From the NCBI GenBank assembly GCA_002329465.1, contig DCTW01000004.1, positions 66,933 to 130,932 on the forward strand: DNA of 64,000 nt, written 5' to 3'. This document shows, piece by piece, positions 1 through 8,895 of this stretch (positions are counted from its first letter, which is position 1; each line of letters opens with the position of its first letter). The notes beneath the pieces were generated by a model. That model searched no databases and was not told the origin of the DNA. It was given only the letters and a program-made list of their open reading frames with translations. The stretch is from Candidatus Woesebacteria bacterium UBA1430. GTDB taxonomy: Bacteria; Patescibacteriota; Microgenomatia; UBA8517. The position numbers were made by a program, and so were the translations under genes.

Positions 1-526
1 TTCTTAAAACTTCGACCACTTGTAAAGCCCGGACATCACCGGGGAAAAGATAAGTATCGGGGAACAAATATCCCTCCATTCCGGCAGAAGCCTCCAAAAA
101 GCTCTCAACAAACTCTTCTGCGCGCTCTCCCTTAATGTCCAAGGATTCGATAAACAACATCGGGTACTGTTCACGCCTCAATCCTTCGGGAATAGTTACC
201 CAAAACTCACTTGGCCCGGATAAAAGTTCGTTTACAAGCCTAAAAAGAGAAAGATTATTCTTCAAATTAAACTCACCCGGGGGTATGCTTTTTGACAAAC
301 CTTTAAATTGTACATAAACCTTAAACGCCAATTTACTTTTAATTAAACCCTGATCATAAAGATCCTCGGCTATTTCTTCAGCCGAAGAACCCTTAACAAC
401 AACAAATCGTTTTTCAATAGGTTCTACACCCGGTGCTTCTGTAGCATTTGTCCACCAAAACACAAAACCACTAACAAATAAAACAAAAAATAAAATAACT
501 GTTATAAATAATTTAAGAAACTTCAT
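1..526 (-). CDS. mltG: Endolytic murein transglycosylase MltG/YceG family, N-terminal part (gene runs off the window start)
   Basis: Absent from the ORF track because it has no stop inside the window. My reverse-complement reading from ATG 526..524 gives MKFLKLFITVILFFVLFVSGFVFWW (TM anchor) ...VVKGSSAEEIAEDLYDQGLIKS...PPGEFNL...MEGYLFPDTYLFP, a YceG-like pattern. It lies downstream of ruvX, as in Firmicute alaS-ruvX-mltG clusters. Confidence 0.8.
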   Translation of the reverse strand, partial: MKFLKLFITVILFFVLFVSGFVFWWTNATEAPGVEPIEKRFVVVKGSSAEEIAEDLYDQGLIKSKLAFKVYVQFKGLSKSIPPGEFNLKNNLSLFRLVNELLSGPSEFWVTIPEGLRREQYPMLFIESLDIKGERAEEFVESFLEASAGMEGYLFPDTYLFPGDVRALQVVEVLR

Positions 527-719
527 CAAGAAGCGCCCTGCGATATGTTTTCTTTTTCTCATCAAAAATAAAAATCCTGCCGCATTTTTTGCAAGTAACC
601 TTTTTGTATCCCTTTTTAAAATTCTCCACCTTCCCTTTGCTAAGCTCACGCCCGCATCCTACACACTTTCCCTGGCTCAAAAGCCAAGCTTGAATTGGAG
701 CAATTACGCTTTTAATCAT
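513..719 (-). CDS. Small zinc-ribbon protein (CVGC...x22...CKKC), function unknown
   Basis: The ORF track gives 513..740, but that start is TTG; the first ATG is at 719 (MIKSVIAP...). Two CxxC pairs and a basic composition. Its 3' end overlaps the mltG start by 14 nt. Confidence 0.55.
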   Translation of the reverse strand: MIKSVIAPIQAWLLSQGKCVGCGRELSKGKVENFKKGYKKVTCKKCGRIFIFDEKKKTYRRALLDEVS

Positions 720-726
720 AAATTTT

Positions 727-1116
727 CTAATTATAATCAAAAAACCTCTCCAAAATCAACGAGGCAGAATATGCATCCAAAAAATTTCTCCTTTTTTTCC
801 TACTCTTTCCGGCTTTAATAGCCTTATCCAAAGCCTCAACACTACTTAAAGTCTCATCAACAAGATGAACTTTTTTACCGCTTTTACGCTTTAGTAAATT
901 AGCAAACTCCCTTTGTTTCACACTCATCTCGCCCTCGGATACGCCCACCACAATCTCATCAATTTTTTTTTCTTTTATAATTCCTGTTATCTTTGCGATA
1001 AGCTCTAAATCATCTTTATGCTCCAACACGCAATAAGGCTCTCCAAACTTCCCAAAAGACAAAGCCACACCCGTTCTTTTCTTACCATAATCAATGCCCA
1101 AATAATTTCTCATCAT
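727..1116 (-). CDS. ruvX: Holliday-junction resolvase-like nuclease YqgF/RuvX
   Basis: N-terminal LGIDYGKKRTGVALS motif, about 130 aa, C-terminal DAYSASLILERF. ATGATGA overlap with the sortase stop. Confidence 0.85.
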   Translation of the reverse strand: MMRNYLGIDYGKKRTGVALSFGKFGEPYCVLEHKDDLELIAKITGIIKEKKIDEIVVGVSEGEMSVKQREFANLLKRKSGKKVHLVDETLSSVEALDKAIKAGKSRKKRRNFLDAYSASLILERFFDYN

Positions 1117-1781
1117 ATCCTCTCGCCAAAAGGAACAACTCTTGCACGCACAATCAATCTTTTAGGACGAAGCGGATGCCCAGGCGGCACGCAGGTTACA
1201 AGCGTTAAAAACGAATCGCTTGTATTCTGCTCAAGTATCTGAATGTCAGTAGGCAGCACCTCAAACGAACTTTCCACTTTATATTCATAAGTAATCCCGT
1301 CATGTTCAATAAAAATAGAATCATTCTTCTTAATAGTAGGTAAGGTCGAAAATATTGTAAGATAATCCTCGGGATTAAAAAATTGCGGAAGCACCGAATG
1401 CCCAAATACCACGGCATTGCCACGCCTACCCGGATAAGCAGTGCCTGGATACTGTACCAACGACTTAGACAAATCCTCCCCGCCTATCGAAACAGTTGCA
1501 TTCTTTATGTCCAATGAAGGTATTGATAAAGTATAATATTTAGCACTTGCTTCATCAAAATTCGTTTCTTTCAAGGGCAACCAGTTGCTTGCTTTTGTAA
1601 AATCGACAGCTTGCCTGCTAGGTTCAAGGCCCTGTCCTTCAGGAACCGGAGACAAATAAGTAGGATATTTTAAACTACTTACTATCTCATAAGAAAAAAT
1701 AGGATATAAAACATAAAAAAGCAAACCAATCCCGGATAAAAAAGACACTATTCCCAAAAACCTTATTGACTTTTTCTTCAT
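1113..1781 (-). CDS. Sortase family transpeptidase with N-terminal TM anchor
   Basis: Catalytic His (VVFGHS), Cys in TLVTC (FLTLVTCVPPG) and Arg (RLIVRAR). The track start at 1787 is TTG; the ATG is at 1781, 2 nt after the orf728 stop. Confidence 0.85.
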   Translation of the reverse strand: MKKKSIRFLGIVSFLSGIGLLFYVLYPIFSYEIVSSLKYPTYLSPVPEGQGLEPSRQAVDFTKASNWLPLKETNFDEASAKYYTLSIPSLDIKNATVSIGGEDLSKSLVQYPGTAYPGRRGNAVVFGHSVLPQFFNPEDYLTIFSTLPTIKKNDSIFIEHDGITYEYKVESSFEVLPTDIQILEQNTSDSFLTLVTCVPPGHPLRPKRLIVRARVVPFGERI

Positions 1782-1783
1782 CT

Positions 1784-3970
1784 TCAAACATTTCTATCGG
1801 CTATTGTCTCTATATTTATATTCTTATGCATCCTTGGGATAACTCCAAAAATCCAAGGAAATTTGTACTTTACACTAATCTCGGAACGCGTAAACCCGGG
1901 TATCGTCTCCAAATATTCATTAACCCTATCAAAACTTTTACCGGCTATATTTTTCTTTATCTCATCAGGTTCCACTCGCGGAAGAAGATTTGCTTTAATA
2001 GTAACATCAAAATCCCAATAAGAAGACCCAGAGCCTTGAAAAGAATAACTTATATTAAGCTGTTCCTCTTTCAAAGTATATCCCTCAGGCACTTGAGACT
2101 CAAGCCGTCTTTTTGAGAGCTCATTCATAGCGCTCTTTGAAATTACCAGTCCTTCAAGCTTCAGAGTCATCAATAGCTCCACGCTCCCGCTCTCCTCTCC
2201 CACCTCGTGACTATACTCTTCTGACACAATTTCGTACTCAAAAGCCTCGTCCTCTTCAATAAAAATCTTATCTTTCCCTATTTGTCCACTAATTTTATCC
2301 ATACCCTGTTTTTTAAGCTCATCTATAAGATCCTCCTTTAACTTATCGATATCGTCTTGTGATACCGCCACAATATCTTTGCTCGAGCCACCGCTGAAAT
2401 CTTCTTTCGCCACAGCATCAACCTCGCTTTTGGGATAATTACCAACCGAAAAAGATTCGTCTTTTGCAAGATTGTATTCTGCGCCAATATCTTCTGCAGT
2501 AACATTTATATCATCAGTTCCGGGTGACGAGGGACTCTCGGCAGCAGAAACCGACGCCGACTCGTCCAAACTAAACTTTAGTTCTCCCGGGCCAACCAAA
2601 ACAGTCCCCTCAGAAAGCTTAATAGAGGATGAGGTTCCGTTTCTAACTATTACAACACCCTTTGCCTTATCGCCAACCGTCTTAGTCCCGCTTGCATCTT
2701 TTGTTTTTTCTCCGCTAACCTCAACGGTTACAATCTCGGCAGGCAACAAAAATTCATCATAATTAGCCTGAGCCAAATCCTTCTCAAAAGTAACGCCGAC
2801 ACTCTCTGAAAGAAGCTTTGGAGAAACAAAAACAACAACATTAGCCTTCGGCAAAAACCACCAAGCCGCAAAGAACCCTATAATACCCAAAACCAATACA
2901 ATAAATAAAATCCTGCCAAAACCTCCAAAAGGCAGCACCTTCCTAGGAAAACTTCGGAATCTTAAAACAGGTTTTCTAAACCTCGGCAAATGGATAAAAC
3001 CTGCAACTCTTTTTAAAAAACCCTTTTTCTTTTCAGGCACATACTCCTGCTCCGCACCCGCTTCTTCAGGCTCAACAGTTGTTTTTTTTATTTTCGATAC
3101 ATCACCACCAAAAACAAATCCTACATCCCGTGGATCAACCGAGTTTATTTCGGAAAAATTCATCTCATTGCTGCCTTCAACATCCTCCTCGGCTTGTAAA
3201 TTCTCATTCTCTTCATTTTCCGCTTTCGCAAGACCTTCTATCTCTCCGAATTCGGATGCTCCTGCAAGACAAACCGCTGTTAATTTTTTCTCTGGAGGAA
3301 ATATCTCAATCTTAGGAGTATGTAAAAATTTCACTTTACCCGCACTCTTTTCAGACCAATCTACATCAATAATAAGCTGCCTTGCTTCCTCAAGCTCGGC
3401 TTCTTTTCCATTGTAAATAATTATTCTTGAAGGAAAATTCTCGCCTGTATAAAACCTTGCAAGCCCCTCGATAACATCATCTGCAAAAGAAACACTTCTT
3501 CCGATATTTACAGTACCTGCAATATTTCCAAGCTTAAACAAAGTTACATCAAGCATTTCCTTGCCATAACCGATTACAATCCCGGAAAACGGTGTTCCCT
3601 CATCAAGCTTAATCGCATGAGAAATTGCCTCTGGTAAAACCACAAAACCCGATGGCTCCAAAGAAAGTTTCGAACACACCTCTTTTATCTTCTCCAAATA
3701 CTCTTTTTTAATCTGCCCATCAGAAACCCAAAAAGGAGCCACACCAAAAACAGTCTTACTTGGCTCAATCAATTCTTCTGGATAATTCTGTGAAGCGGAC
3801 GAAAGCGCTGAATTACATGCCTCAACAAGCTCGGTATCATCACCCCAGGCAACAGAAGAACTAGTAATCATTACTTTTGCCCGCCTTTCTTCTATTGTCC
3901 AAATTGCAGCTTGAACCCACCCTGGTTCAATTACAAGCGACCAATAATATTCTTGTTTTTTGCTATCCAT
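1784..3970 (-). CDS. Hypothetical 728-aa bitopic envelope protein: N-terminal degenerate actin/FtsA/PilM-like region, acidic linker, one TM (ILFIVLVLGIIGFFAAWWFLP), large extracytoplasmic C-terminal domain
   Basis: Long uninterrupted ORF. The N-terminus WSLVIEPGWVQAAIW...GIVIGYGKEMLDVTLFKLG...VNIGRSV resembles FtsA/PilM strand patterns, but the phosphate-binding Asp/Gly motifs are replaced. The fold assignment is inference only. Confidence 0.6.
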   Translation of the reverse strand: MDSKKQEYYWSLVIEPGWVQAAIWTIEERRAKVMITSSSVAWGDDTELVEACNSALSSASQNYPEELIEPSKTVFGVAPFWVSDGQIKKEYLEKIKEVCSKLSLEPSGFVVLPEAISHAIKLDEGTPFSGIVIGYGKEMLDVTLFKLGNIAGTVNIGRSVSFADDVIEGLARFYTGENFPSRIIIYNGKEAELEEARQLIIDVDWSEKSAGKVKFLHTPKIEIFPPEKKLTAVCLAGASEFGEIEGLAKAENEENENLQAEEDVEGSNEMNFSEINSVDPRDVGFVFGGDVSKIKKTTVEPEEAGAEQEYVPEKKKGFLKRVAGFIHLPRFRKPVLRFRSFPRKVLPFGGFGRILFIVLVLGIIGFFAAWWFLPKANVVVFVSPKLLSESVGVTFEKDLAQANYDEFLLPAEIVTVEVSGEKTKDASGTKTVGDKAKGVVIVRNGTSSSIKLSEGTVLVGPGELKFSLDESASVSAAESPSSPGTDDINVTAEDIGAEYNLAKDESFSVGNYPKSEVDAVAKEDFSGGSSKDIVAVSQDDIDKLKEDLIDELKKQGMDKISGQIGKDKIFIEEDEAFEYEIVSEEYSHEVGEESGSVELLMTLKLEGLVISKSAMNELSKRRLESQVPEGYTLKEEQLNISYSFQGSGSSYWDFDVTIKANLLPRVEPDEIKKNIAGKSFDRVNEYLETIPGFTRSEISVKYKFPWIFGVIPRMHKNINIETIADRNV

Positions 3971-3978
3971 GAGGTAAT

Positions 3979-5775
3979 TTATTCAATAGTAGCATATATC
4001 CTTCGTACTCCGTGAGAAACGGATTTTTCCTTAATAATTTTAACACGTCCGTCGATTTCCGAAAGCCTTTTAACATGAGGGCCGCCGCAAACCTCCTTTG
4101 AGAATACTTCTCCGCTTTTTTCATCTTCGATAAAATAAACCTTCACTACTTCACCATATTTATGCTTAAAAAAAGCCAAAGCACCCTGCTTTTGTGCCTT
4201 TTCAATAGGCATTAATTTACATCTCACTACAAGATTTTTATCAATCTGTTTATTAACCATTGCCTCAATTTTTTTTATCTGCTCATGGCTCAAGGCAGTC
4301 GGATAAGTAAAATCAAATCTCAACCGGCTCGGATTAATATTACTGCCTTTCTGAACTGCTTCCTTACCTAAAACCCTCCTCAAGGACTCGTGCAATAAAT
4401 GAGTAGCCGTATGAAGCTTTACGCTCTCCGCTTTTGAATCTGCCAACCCCCCTTTAAAAACTCCGGCACTCAAAGTCTTACTTTTCTCTTTATGTTCAGC
4501 AAGCATGCTATCAAAAGCGCTCCTTTCCAAATTCAAGCCCTTTTTTTCAAAAATCTCCTGCATCAATTCGAAAGGAAACCCAAAAGATTGATATAAATCA
4601 AATACCGTCTTCGCATCCACTCTTTCAAGCTTTTCAACTATTTTTAACCCTCGCGAAAGAGTTTTGGAAAACTTCTCAATCTCGACACGAATTATTTCAA
4701 CGACGTTTTCCTTTTTAGTCTCATCAAGAAGCACCCCCACATAAGTTTGGTAAACAGTTAACACAATATCCGAAAAAAGCTTAGTAACAAACAAATCCTG
4801 ATTAAGATTCATCCCCATCAAAGCCGCCCTTCTCAAAAGCCTCCTCATAACATATCCCTGAAGTTTATTAGAAGGAGTAATACCCGAATCCGCCAAAAAC
4901 ACGCACGCCCTTAAATGGTCTGCCATTATTCTCATCTCTCGAGAATTATCCCCATAACTTTTGCCGGAATACTTTTCAATAGCGTTAATAATTTTCTCAA
5001 AAACATCAATCTTAAATATATCCGGATTATTGTTGGAGGCAGCCGTCAACCTCTCAAGACCTCCTCCAAAATCTATATTCTTCTGCGGCAACTCTGAAAA
5101 AACTCCACCATCCCTTTTTAAATATTGCATAAAAACACTGTTTCCAATTTCAAGAAACCTGCCACAATTACATGCTGGATGGCACTCTCTCCCATACTTT
5201 GAATCGTGCTTAACTTCGTCAAACTCAAAAAAAACCTCACTATCCGGTCCTCCTATCTCCCCGACAGGCATATCATCTGGTTTTCCGGATCTGCTCCACC
5301 AATTATCTTTATAATAAAATATGCGCCGAGAAGGCACCCCAAGCTTACGCCACAAAAAATATGATGTCTCATCTTTCGGTATTTTTCCGTCACCCTCAAA
5401 CACACTAACCCATAGCTTCTCTTTAGGCAAATTAAGCTTTTTGGTCAAAAATTCCCAAAACCAAGAAAGCTGCTCTTCCTTAAAATAATCCCCCAATGAC
5501 CAGTTTCCAAGCATTTCAAAAAAGGTAGTATGCCTATTATCTCCAACCTCCTCAATATCCTGGGTACGCAATGAAGGTTGCGAATTCACAAGCCTTCTGC
5601 CCAAAGGATGCGCTTCACCCATAAGATAAGGAACTAAAGGCTGCATCCCCGACGATGTAAAAAGTGTAGTTGGATCATTTTCAATCACCAAAGGAAATGC
5701 GGATATTTCCTTGTGATTTCTGGGTGGAGCTTTAAAATAATTAAGATATAAAGCTCTTACCTCATCTACTTTCAT
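3979..5775 (-). CDS. alaS: Alanine--tRNA ligase, short form (598 aa; catalytic, tRNA-binding and editing domains, no C-Ala domain)
   Basis: FTSSGMQPLVPY, RTQDIEEVGDNRHTTFFEMLGNWSLGDYFK, editing-site HTATHLLH and CGGPHV. Confidence 0.93.
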   Translation of the reverse strand: MKVDEVRALYLNYFKAPPRNHKEISAFPLVIENDPTTLFTSSGMQPLVPYLMGEAHPLGRRLVNSQPSLRTQDIEEVGDNRHTTFFEMLGNWSLGDYFKEEQLSWFWEFLTKKLNLPKEKLWVSVFEGDGKIPKDETSYFLWRKLGVPSRRIFYYKDNWWSRSGKPDDMPVGEIGGPDSEVFFEFDEVKHDSKYGRECHPACNCGRFLEIGNSVFMQYLKRDGGVFSELPQKNIDFGGGLERLTAASNNNPDIFKIDVFEKIINAIEKYSGKSYGDNSREMRIMADHLRACVFLADSGITPSNKLQGYVMRRLLRRAALMGMNLNQDLFVTKLFSDIVLTVYQTYVGVLLDETKKENVVEIIRVEIEKFSKTLSRGLKIVEKLERVDAKTVFDLYQSFGFPFELMQEIFEKKGLNLERSAFDSMLAEHKEKSKTLSAGVFKGGLADSKAESVKLHTATHLLHESLRRVLGKEAVQKGSNINPSRLRFDFTYPTALSHEQIKKIEAMVNKQIDKNLVVRCKLMPIEKAQKQGALAFFKHKYGEVVKVYFIEDEKSGEVFSKEVCGGPHVKRLSEIDGRVKIIKEKSVSHGVRRIYATIE

Positions 5776-5788
5776 GCCAAATTATAAA

Positions 5789-6049
5789 CTATTCAACCAA
5801 ACTTTCATCCGAAACTCCATGCTGCTTCATTTTCTTATGTTTTTTTCTTCTAAACATCTCAACAATTCCGGTAAGTCTTCCCGGGCTGATCAACCCTCCA
5901 CCAAGTATCGCATCATCAAGAATGCTGTTTAATCTCTTAAGCGCCCTTCTCATATCGGCAATAATCAAAACAACCTGTATCCCCACAATTATCAAAAGCA
6001 AAGTAAGCGCAACCACAACTACTATTAAAACTGTTTGAATATCCCCCAT
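5789..6049 (-). CDS. Small single-TM membrane protein, unknown function
   Basis: 86-aa ORF with an N-terminal hydrophobic helix (VLIVVVVALTLLLIIVGIQVVLII) and a basic tail. Tightly packed between the rodZ-like gene and alaS. Confidence 0.5.
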   Translation of the reverse strand: MGDIQTVLIVVVVALTLLLIIVGIQVVLIIADMRRALKRLNSILDDAILGGGLISPGRLTGIVEMFRRKKHKKMKQHGVSDESLVE

Positions 6050-6051
6050 AG

Positions 6052-6678
6052 TTATTCTAAAACAACATCTATATTCCTTTCAGCCGAAACGGCTTTTCCC
6101 GTTCGCGAAACAGCCCTAACGTTTATTTTATCTGTATCCGGTGAAACCTCAACCTCTGTTTCAAAATTACCCTCATCGTCAACAAACGCAGGCTGATTAT
6201 TCACCACAACGCTTGATCCGGAATCTGTCTTTCCCGAAACCTTTACAACCCTTTGCACAATAATCTCACCTTCCTTTGGGGTATCTATCACAAGCTCCGG
6301 CGGCGAATTAAACCGCATATACTGAAACATCAAATAAAAAACTGCAGCGCTTACAATCAAAAATACTCCCAAAAAAAAGGTAAGTTTAGGGCTCCACCTA
6401 AAACCTCCGGTTGCATCTGGTTTAGGATTTACACTCTCATGCCCAGGTGGATAGTCTCGTCTCAAAAAAGCAGTCACCTTACCTTTATCAAGCTCGAACT
6501 GTGACGCTATGTTTTTTACAAAACCCATAGTAACAGCCATCTCGGGAAGCTTGTTCCAATCTTCATCTTCCAAAGCTTTTATAAATTCCTTTTTAATTTT
6601 TGTTTCCTCCGAAAGTCTATCAAGGCTTATCCCCTTTTTAATTCGAATTTCTTTTAAATATTTCCCTATTGTTTTCAT
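6052..6678 (-). CDS. RodZ-like HTH (XRE-type) membrane protein
   Basis: GKYLKEIRIKKGISLDRLSEETKIKKEFIKALEDEDWNKLP...GFVKNIA, followed by one TM and a beta-rich C-terminal domain. This is the RodZ architecture. Confidence 0.65.
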   Translation of the reverse strand: MKTIGKYLKEIRIKKGISLDRLSEETKIKKEFIKALEDEDWNKLPEMAVTMGFVKNIASQFELDKGKVTAFLRRDYPPGHESVNPKPDATGGFRWSPKLTFFLGVFLIVSAAVFYLMFQYMRFNSPPELVIDTPKEGEIIVQRVVKVSGKTDSGSSVVVNNQPAFVDDEGNFETEVEVSPDTDKINVRAVSRTGKAVSAERNIDVVLE

Positions 6679-6693
6679 CTTTTATTCTGCCCT

Positions 6694-8847
6694 TTAAGAT
6701 ATACCGGATTCACCGGAAGAGCCAAATATCTCAGAAGGAGACTGAATAAGCACTTCCCTTGGCTTAGAAGCATCTGCAGCGCCCACAACACCCGCATCTT
6801 GAAGCTGGTCGATTATCCTGGCCGCTCTGGAATAGCCAATCGCAAGCCTTCTCTGAAGAAGAGAGGCAGAAGCTTTTTCATACTGGCAAACTATTTCAAC
6901 TGCCTCTTTAAAAAGCTCATCCACATCCCCATCTACACCGGATACAGACGTTGATCCGGGTTTTGGCATCGAAACCACCTCATCTGTGTATTGCGGACTA
7001 ATTCCTTGGTTTTTCAAAAAAGAAGTTAATGTCTGCGTATCTTTATCAGATATAAAAGCGCCTTGTATTCTTGTTGGCTTTGCCTGATCGGGAGCAAGAT
7101 AAAGCATATCTCCTCGCCCCAAAAGCTTTTCGGCTCCTTGTGTATCAAGAATAACTCTTGAATCAACCTGGCTCGACACGGCAAAAGCAATTCTACAAGG
7201 AATATTAGCTTTTATAAGTCCTGTTATTACATCAACCGAAGGCCTCTGTGTAGCAAGAACCATATGAATACCGGTAGCACGGCTCATCTGTGCAATCCTG
7301 GTAACAGAATCCTCTACCTCAACTGGCGAAAAAAGCATCACATCAGCAAGCTCATCAACAACCAAAACAATGTAAGGAAGAGCCTGAAATCCGCTCATTT
7401 CGTTATATCCGGCAATATTTCTCACGCCGGCTTGAGCAAAAAGCTTATATCTTCTATCCATTTCACTCAAAATCCAACGAAGCGCCGAAACAACCTTCTC
7501 GGGCTCAACAATTACAGGAGCAAGCATGTGTGGAATATCATTGTACCCTGTCAGCTCAACACGCTTTGGATCGACCAATATTAATTTAACCTCACTAGGG
7601 GATGCTCTAAAAAGAATGGATGACAAAAATGCGTTCAAACACACGCTCTTTCCCGAACCCGTCTGCCCGGCAATCAAAACATGAGGCATTTTTGAAATAT
7701 CGGCAGCTATAGGATTACCGGCAACATCAAGGCCCAAAGCAACAGTTAGCTTAGACTTATCACTATCCATTGCGCTTGAAGTCAACATCTTTTTCATAGG
7801 AACAAACTCGGGCGATCTATTCGGAAGTTCAATGCCCACCAAATTTCTTCCGGGTATCGGAGCCTCAATTCGTACCGTTCCTGTGGGAGCAGCCAAAGAA
7901 AGCGCCAAATCTCGCTCAAGAGCTGTAATTTTGGATAACTTTGTGCCCAAAGCCACTTCCAACGCATACTGAGTAACGGCCGGCCCCAAATTTACCTCTA
8001 CTACATTAGCCTTTATTCCAAAAGATCCCAAAGTCTCCTCTATTGTATCCGCGTTTCCTTTAATATCCCCCCTATCGGCCTTACCCGCTTGAGTATCGCT
8101 AAGCAAACTCAATGGCGGATGACTCCAAAGCCTCTCTTCCCCGGGCATATTACTAACAAGCTTCTGGCTAAGCTCATCGCTTCCTTTTTCTTTAACCTGC
8201 CTTACCTGAGTAGAATCAATAGATTTCTCATCCTGCTGGTTATAATTCTGCCCTCCACCCACAACCCTCAACTCACTTCTCCGCTTCTGGAAAACACTTT
8301 TACTACCAACCGAAGCGGTCCCGGGCTCACCCACCAAATACTTTCTCAAAAGCTTAAGAAATGACGCAAAAACAAGAAGAACTCTATCAAACGAAGTATT
8401 AAAAAGTATTATTATTCCTGTTAACGTAGTCCCCGCCAAAACAACTGCTGCACCGGGTGCTGTTATCAAAGTTACCACTCCGTCCCACGAAGACCGGCCA
8501 AAAAACCCCGCTCTGGTCAACGTAGCCACTGAAACAAAAAAAAGTATCGATCCGACTATCACATTCGGCTCGCCCAAAGGTACTCTTACGAGCTTTGTGA
8601 AAGAAAAGCCCAGTGACAACAATATAAAAGGTATAAAAATAGAAGACCAACCAAAATATAAAACCAAATAATCATTTAGCCTTACCAGTACATTTCCCTG
8701 CCTGGAAAAAGACACAAGAACCAAACCCGATAATGAAATAAGGCTGATCTGAATAATCCCCAAAGCAGTATGTTTTTTAAAAGGCAGTCTCAATTTTAGG
8801 CCTTTTGTTCTTTCGCTTTTTGTTTTTCTCTTTCGTCTTCTGGCCAT
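6694..8847 (-). CDS. ftsK: DNA translocase FtsK/SpoIIIE
   Basis: N-terminal multi-TM region, Walker A GQTGSGKS, LVVDELADVM, ATQRPSVDVITG, and a C-terminal gamma winged-helix (SASLLQRRLAIGYSRAARIIDQL). Confidence 0.93.
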   Translation of the reverse strand: MARRRKRKTKSERTKGLKLRLPFKKHTALGIIQISLISLSGLVLVSFSRQGNVLVRLNDYLVLYFGWSSIFIPFILLSLGFSFTKLVRVPLGEPNVIVGSILFFVSVATLTRAGFFGRSSWDGVVTLITAPGAAVVLAGTTLTGIIILFNTSFDRVLLVFASFLKLLRKYLVGEPGTASVGSKSVFQKRRSELRVVGGGQNYNQQDEKSIDSTQVRQVKEKGSDELSQKLVSNMPGEERLWSHPPLSLLSDTQAGKADRGDIKGNADTIEETLGSFGIKANVVEVNLGPAVTQYALEVALGTKLSKITALERDLALSLAAPTGTVRIEAPIPGRNLVGIELPNRSPEFVPMKKMLTSSAMDSDKSKLTVALGLDVAGNPIAADISKMPHVLIAGQTGSGKSVCLNAFLSSILFRASPSEVKLILVDPKRVELTGYNDIPHMLAPVIVEPEKVVSALRWILSEMDRRYKLFAQAGVRNIAGYNEMSGFQALPYIVLVVDELADVMLFSPVEVEDSVTRIAQMSRATGIHMVLATQRPSVDVITGLIKANIPCRIAFAVSSQVDSRVILDTQGAEKLLGRGDMLYLAPDQAKPTRIQGAFISDKDTQTLTSFLKNQGISPQYTDEVVSMPKPGSTSVSGVDGDVDELFKEAVEIVCQYEKASASLLQRRLAIGYSRAARIIDQLQDAGVVGAADASKPREVLIQSPSEIFGSSGESGIS

Positions 8848-8895
8848 TTATTAACTACCATTATAAACCAGGGTTTAAAAGCTTAAAAGTAAGGA

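Noticed and set aside
135-317. 60-aa plus-strand ORF from the track
   Set aside because: It lies antisense inside the well-supported mltG reading frame (minus strand, 1..526) and has no recognisable features.
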